Shown here: piece by piece, positions 27,768 through 32,000 of the stretch
Numbering within the stretch: the first letter of the stretch is position 1
How the letters are laid out: every line of letters begins with the position of its first letter
Assembly (NCBI RefSeq): GCF_000341895.1
Contig: NC_020409.1
Location: 1,650,001 to 1,682,000 of the forward strand
Source: Pseudodesulfovibrio piezophilus C1TLV30
GTDB taxonomy: Bacteria > Desulfobacterota > Desulfovibrionia > Desulfovibrionales > Desulfovibrionaceae
Direction: 5' to 3'
Length of the DNA stretch: 32,000 nt
Translations under genes and position numbers: made by a program
Notes under the pieces: generated by a model
The model's input: the letters and a program-made list of their open reading frames with translations, nothing else
Told to the model about the DNA's origin: nothing
The model's database searches: none

Positions 27768-28511
27768 TTACATGTACATACCGCCATTAACGCCCAAGAC
27801 CTGTCCGGTAATATACCCTGCTCCGGGACCGGCCAGAAAGGCGACTGCGGCTGCGATATCCTCGGACTGCCCGAGGGATTTTAACGGGATCTGTGCCAAC
27901 ATGGCTTCGACGACCTTTTCAGGCAATTCGGCTGTCATATCGGTCTCAATGAAGCCGGGAGCCACGGCATTGACCGTGATCCCACGCCCTGCCAGCTCAC
28001 GAGCTGCGGACTTGGTCAGGCCTATAAGACCTGCCTTGGCGGAACAATAATTGGCCTGACCGGCATTCCCCATCTGGCCGACGATGCTGGTAATGTTGAT
28101 GATACGCCCGGAACGTTGCTTGCCCATAATCTTGGACGCTTCCTTGAGAAAGGAGAAACAACCGGTGAGATTGATCTGAATGACCTTATCCCAGTCATCA
28201 TCCTTCATACGCATCATCAGGCCATCGCGAGTGATGCCCGCGTTATTGACCAGCACTTCGAGGTTTGCCTTGCCTTTGATCTCAGTCTTGAAAAAATCGG
28301 CAATAGCGTCACGATCTCCGGAGTCCAGTTGAAAGGCCTTGGCCTTGCCACCGTTATGCGCAATGGCTGCAACCACCTTGTCTGCCTCTTCCGGGCGGCT
28401 TACGTAGGTCAGGTAGACCTCAAAGCCCTCGGCAGCGAGTCGCTCGGCGATTGTTCGACCTATGCCACGGGAACCACCCGTGACCAGCGCGACTTTAGGA
28501 AGATCACTCAT
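27768..28511 (-). CDS. fabG: 3-oxoacyl-ACP reductase
   Basis: SDR motifs [13 protein letters not shown] and YCSAKAG. Operon context supports the call. Confidence 0.93.
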   Translation of the reverse strand: MSDLPKVALVTGGSRGIGRTIAERLAAEGFEVYLTYVSRPEEADKVVAAIAHNGGKAKAFQLDSGDRDAIADFFKTEIKGKANLEVLVNNAGITRDGLMMRMKDDDWDKVIQINLTGCFSFLKEASKIMGKQRSGRIINITSIVGQMGNAGQANYCSAKAGLIGLTKSAARELAGRGITVNAVAPGFIETDMTAELPEKVVEAMLAQIPLKSLGQSEDIAAAVAFLAGPGAGYITGQVLGVNGGMYM

Positions 28512-28550
28512 GTATCATATACCTCGTGAATTTCTCTTTGATCTGCACCC

Positions 28551-28577
28551 ATTATACCAATTGATTCATGACTGCAA
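28551..28577 (-). promoter_or_regulatory. Candidate extended -10 promoter for fabG-acpP-fabF
   Basis: Minus strand reads TTGCAG (28577-28572), a 15-nt spacer whose last three bases are TGg, then TATAAT. The TGgTATAAT element spans 28559-28551. This gives a perfect -10 with the TGn extension, about 40 nt upstream of the fabG ATG. Confidence 0.4.
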
Positions 28578-28654
28578 ATTTCAGGGGTGCGACATGGTGC
28601 AGTCGTCTATCATACTTGTGTTACGAAAGTATAGCGAAACACATGTTTGAATGC

Positions 28655-29647
28655 CTAAAAGCGAATCAAACCGGCACCCCAGGTAAATCCACCACCAAAG
28701 GCCGGCATGAGCACAAGGTCACCCTTCTTGATAAAGCCACTCTCGACGGCCTCTGACAGGGCCAATGGCACCGATGCTGCGGAAGTATTCCCGTAGCGGT
28801 CGATGTTGCAGAAAACTTTCTCTTCAGCGATATCGAACTTCCTGCCCACGGCATCAATTATACGCCAATTGGCCTGATGCGGGATCAGGACATCGATCTC
28901 TTTTTTATCAATACCGTGCTTGGCCAGTAATTTCTGAGACACACCGACCATGTTTCGCACAGCGTGTTTGAAAATATCACGGCCTTGCATTCTGACAAAA
29001 TATTCATCACCGATCACATCACCCTTTTTGTAGGAATGAGCTGATCCGCCCCCGTCCACAGCAAGCAAGTCGCCAAGACTGCCGTCTGCACCGAGCATGA
29101 CGTCCACGAGTTCAGGCAGATCCTCATCCTTGTCATTGGCGGTCATGATCGTTGCACCGGAAGCATCGCCGAAAAGAACGCACGTTGTACGGTCTTCCCA
29201 GTTCACTCTGCGGGAGACGACCTCAGCCGTCACCACCAGAATCTTGCTGTCCGGTTCGAGCATCAAATACCCGCGTGCAGTCTGAAGTGCGTAGAGGAAC
29301 CCTGAACATGCAGCCTGGATATCAACACACATCTGTCCGGTAATACCAAGCTTTTCCTGAATACGGCAGGAGCAGGACGGAATCACGGAATCAGGGGTAA
29401 AGGTGCCGCAGACTATATGGGTCAATTCGCTGGCATCCATGCCAGCCTGGGAAAGGGCGTGTTTGGCGGCTTCATAAGCCAAGTCAGAAGCAGCCTGGTC
29501 TTCAGCCACTATATGACGTTGCTTGATGCCTGTGCGAGTGGTGATCCACTCGTCGGACGTATCGACGATTTTTTCAAGGTCGGCATTGGTGAGGATTCGC
29601 TCGGGAGCGTACCGCCCAAAGCCGCGTAGGACGAAGTTCTTGTTCAT
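28655..29647 (-). CDS. fabH: 3-oxoacyl-ACP synthase III
   Basis: N-terminus reads MNKNFVLRGFGRYAPERILTNADLEKIVDTSDEWI. Motifs: Cys block AACSGFLYAL, HQAN, GNTSAAS. I preferred ATG 29647 over the track's TTG at 29683 based on the N-terminus of E. coli FabH as I remember it. Confidence 0.92.
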   Translation of the reverse strand: MNKNFVLRGFGRYAPERILTNADLEKIVDTSDEWITTRTGIKQRHIVAEDQAASDLAYEAAKHALSQAGMDASELTHIVCGTFTPDSVIPSCSCRIQEKLGITGQMCVDIQAACSGFLYALQTARGYLMLEPDSKILVVTAEVVSRRVNWEDRTTCVLFGDASGATIMTANDKDEDLPELVDVMLGADGSLGDLLAVDGGGSAHSYKKGDVIGDEYFVRMQGRDIFKHAVRNMVGVSQKLLAKHGIDKKEIDVLIPHQANWRIIDAVGRKFDIAEEKVFCNIDRYGNTSAASVPLALSEAVESGFIKKGDLVLMPAFGGGFTWGAGLIRF

Positions 29648-29712
29648 GGGGGGTGATGTAAGGGATTGCCCTGGTTCGGTCAAGCAGTGCAGAGTCTTGC
29701 ACCACTGACCGA

Positions 29713-30771
29713 TCAGGCAGCGTCCTTTCCTGCTTTTTCCGATTTTCCAACCAGGTCGCTATGCGCGGCCAATCCTTTGGCAAGATGCTCGTGAGCTTTG
29801 TTACGCACACTCGTGGCTGCCATACGAATGCAGTTGATCATGGCGAGTTCATTGGACTTGCCATGGGCGACGATGACATCACCCTTGAGACCAAGCAACG
29901 GGGCTCCGCCATACTCGGCATAATCAACAACTTTCTGAAACCGTTTGAAAGCGCCCAGCGAGAGCATTGCTCCAAGTTTCGAGAGCCAGCTTGAAGTCAG
30001 TTCGCGCTTCAGGATACGTCCCATGGATTTGGCAAGTCCTTCGGACAGCTTGAGCGCAACATTACCCACAAAACCATCACAGACCACCACGTCCACGTCA
30101 CCGGTAAATATATCGCGCCCTTCAACATTGCCGATAAAGCGCAGCTTGGAAGATCGCAAGAGATCAAATGCCTCACGAACAGCGGCATTGCCCTTGCCCT
30201 CTTCCTCTCCGATGGACAGAATCCCCACAGACGGGTTGTCCATCTCAAGCACATGCCGCGCCAGGACGTCAGCCATAAGGCCGAACTGAAGCAAATGTTG
30301 CGGTTTGGAATCGACATTGGCCCCGACATCCAGAAGGACGACAGGTTTTTTCTCCGTCGGCATGATTCCGGCCAGGGCAGGACGTAAGACGCCTTTGATT
30401 CGCCCGAGCACAAACATGCCGCAGGCAACCGTGGCACCGGAATTCCCAGCAGAGACCACGCCGTCAGCATCTCCGGATTTGACAAGTCGACAAGCAACTT
30501 GGATGGAGGAATCCCGTTTTCGGCGCAAAGCGTCTGCGGGCTTATCATCCATCTCGACAACCTGGGTTGCCGAAACCACAGAGACATCCAACCCGTCGAT
30601 AGAGAGATCGGCAAGCTCGGCGTTGATACGGTCCTCATCTCCGACGAGGATTATGGCTATGCCCTCGCGCGCGGCCTCGACCGCAGCGGGAACGACGATA
30701 TGAGGGCCAAAGTCGCCCCCCATGGCATCCACGGCAATGCGTGGAGCCATCTGCGCGTCGTTGCTAGGCAT
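29713..30771 (-). CDS. plsX: Phosphate acyltransferase PlsX
   Basis: IAVDAMGGDFGP at the N-terminus, plus operon context. ATG 30771 overlaps rpmF by 8 nt. An alternative ATG lies at 30750. Confidence 0.93.
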   Translation of the reverse strand: MPSNDAQMAPRIAVDAMGGDFGPHIVVPAAVEAAREGIAIILVGDEDRINAELADLSIDGLDVSVVSATQVVEMDDKPADALRRKRDSSIQVACRLVKSGDADGVVSAGNSGATVACGMFVLGRIKGVLRPALAGIMPTEKKPVVLLDVGANVDSKPQHLLQFGLMADVLARHVLEMDNPSVGILSIGEEEGKGNAAVREAFDLLRSSKLRFIGNVEGRDIFTGDVDVVVCDGFVGNVALKLSEGLAKSMGRILKRELTSSWLSKLGAMLSLGAFKRFQKVVDYAEYGGAPLLGLKGDVIVAHGKSNELAMINCIRMAATSVRNKAHEHLAKGLAAHSDLVGKSEKAGKDAA

Positions 30772-30943
30772 CTTCGCTGCTGACTACCTGACGACCCTTG
30801 TAGGTGCCGCACACGGCGCAAGCGCGATGGGGAAGATTCGGCTCACCGCACTCGCAGTAAACAACGTTTGGAACTGCCACGTTATCGTGAGAACGGCGCA
30901 TGCCTTTGCGGGACCGGGAAGTCTTTTTCTTGGGGACTGCCAT
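30764..30943 (-). CDS. rpmF: 50S ribosomal protein L32
   Basis: Not in the ORF track because it is under 60 aa. My hand translation is MAVPKKKTSRSRKGMRRSHDNVAVPNVVYCECGEPNLPHRACAVCGTYKGRQVVSSEDA, with a typical L32 N-terminus and a CxC...CxxC zinc ribbon. GAGG lies 9 nt upstream. Confidence 0.9.
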   Translation of the reverse strand: MAVPKKKTSRSRKGMRRSHDNVAVPNVVYCECGEPNLPHRACAVCGTYKGRQVVSSEDA

Positions 30944-31022
30944 GATGTATACCTCGTTTTATGATGTCTTCTGTTATTTCATCACACGCACAAACGGAGA
31001 ACCGATGTCCGTGCAAGGGGCG

Positions 31023-31541
31023 TTACTTTATCTTCAAGTTGCGGAAAACCGCAAGCCTTTCGTCGCCCTCATCCTGCTCACACGCACACGCTTCCTTGTT
31101 CAGGTCCTTGCCGCACTTGGGGCACATCCCCTTGCAGCCGTCGGAACACAGCGGTTTGACAGGCAAAATGATCGCGAATTCTTCCCAAAGGATGGCACCG
31201 ATGTTGAGTTGCAGCTGCCCGCTTTCCGTACGAACCCTCGGCTCCTCGTCATCCTCTTCCTCCGGAAGAGCTTCGTAGGAATCAAAGGTTGTCTCAATAG
31301 GCAGAGTAAAGGACTCGATGCATCGATCGCATGCCATCCGTACACTTCCCTTGAGAGTACCCCGTACCAAAGCGGCATTTTCTCCTTGAGGCAGAATAAA
31401 GACCTGTGCGACCAGATCTTCGCAGGGCTGAACGTCAATGGAAAATTCTTTCCATCCCTCGTGCCACAGCGACTGGTCATCGAAAGTCATCTCTCGACCC
31501 TCAGCGGAGATATCACTCATTGCTATCCATTGATCAGGCAT
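31023..31541 (-). CDS. yceD: YceD/DUF177 family protein
   Basis: C-terminal Cys cluster CSDGCKGMCPKCGKDLNKEACAC and an acidic linker. It sits in the canonical position upstream of rpmF. I chose ATG 31541 because GGAGG lies 6 nt upstream. Confidence 0.85.
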   Translation of the reverse strand: MPDQWIAMSDISAEGREMTFDDQSLWHEGWKEFSIDVQPCEDLVAQVFILPQGENAALVRGTLKGSVRMACDRCIESFTLPIETTFDSYEALPEEEDDEEPRVRTESGQLQLNIGAILWEEFAIILPVKPLCSDGCKGMCPKCGKDLNKEACACEQDEGDERLAVFRNLKIK

Positions 31542-31849
31542 AATTTCCTCCGTTGCCCTTGTACCCGACATACAAAAACGTTACACTAAAAAGCCTCTGC
31601 AAGAGCCATTTTGACCAGGCAGCGATCTTTTCCAGACAAGCGGTTTTTTGGCCACAAAGGGCACCGCGAGTGTTCGGGCAACCGCTGCTTCCTATATGGG
31701 AAGTTTTTCCGTTGTCAAGAAAAAAACCCTTGCCATTTGTGAAAAGGCTCGGTAATGAATCACTCCCGCTGACGGAGGAAGCTACCAACCTCATGCAGCG
31801 ACTCAACACGAAAAACAAACGATTCTATAAGAATACGCGAGGAGGTCGC

Positions 31850-32000
31850 AATGTCCCAGGTTTGCGATATATGTGGTAAAGGTCCCCAGAGCGGCAACAA
31901 TGTCAGCCACTCCCACATCAAGACCAAACGCCGTTTCATGCCTAACCTGCAAAAGGTCCGCCACCAGTTGGAGTCCGGGCAGGTTGTGAGCATTAAGGCT
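31850..32000 (+). CDS. rpmB: 50S ribosomal protein L28 (the 3' end lies outside the window)
   Basis: My hand translation is [50 protein letters not shown], a typical L28 N-terminus. GGAGG lies upstream of ATG 31850. Confidence 0.9.

Noticed and set aside
31553-31879. A 108-aa plus-strand ORF spanning the yceD/rpmB divergent intergenic region.
   Set aside because: It overlaps the rpmB SD and start in another frame. It has no SD of its own. The region is better read as divergent promoter DNA.
1-32000. A scan for CRISPR arrays, tRNA or rRNA genes, IS elements, integrases and long direct repeats.
   Set aside because: None was seen. Every intergenic gap is under about 360 nt and lacks T-loop-like GTTCGAATC motifs, repeat-spacer periodicity and terminal inverted repeats.

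Overview
This window is almost entirely core chromosome with tightly packed housekeeping operons. I did not find a convincing novel multi-gene system.

**Left end (1-5230), the only accessory-looking part**
- Two tandem, translationally coupled small paralogous ORFs of unknown family. The first runs off the left edge.
- A convergent XRE-family HTH regulator sitting in a lower-GC patch.
- A secreted DUF3108-like protein and a CBS-pair protein.
- A pyruvate kinase gene translationally coupled to an HD-GYP phosphodiesterase gene.

**Plus strand, 5552-22680**
- A complete division and cell wall (dcw) cluster: mraZ-rsmH-ftsL-ftsI-murE-murF-mraY-murD-ftsW-murG-murC-murB-ftsQ-ftsA-ftsZ.
- An uncharacterised radical SAM gene follows directly after ftsZ.

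**Minus strand**
- glyA.
- The operon yceD-rpmF-plsX-fabH-fabG-acpP-fabF, which lacks fabD.

**Right edge**
- The 5' end of rpmB.

Gene order and codon usage resemble Desulfovibrionales genomes as I remember them. That is an inference I cannot check here. I saw no rRNA, tRNA, CRISPR array, IS element or integrase.

**Items most worth a second look**
- The unassignable paralogue pair plus XRE gene at the left edge.
- The radical SAM gene. Its conserved N-terminus lies upstream of any canonical start codon and is in frame with ftsZ.
- A PASTA-like tail on FtsI.
- An unexplained leader of about 330 nt upstream of glyA.
- An extended -10 promoter in the gap where fabD would normally sit.
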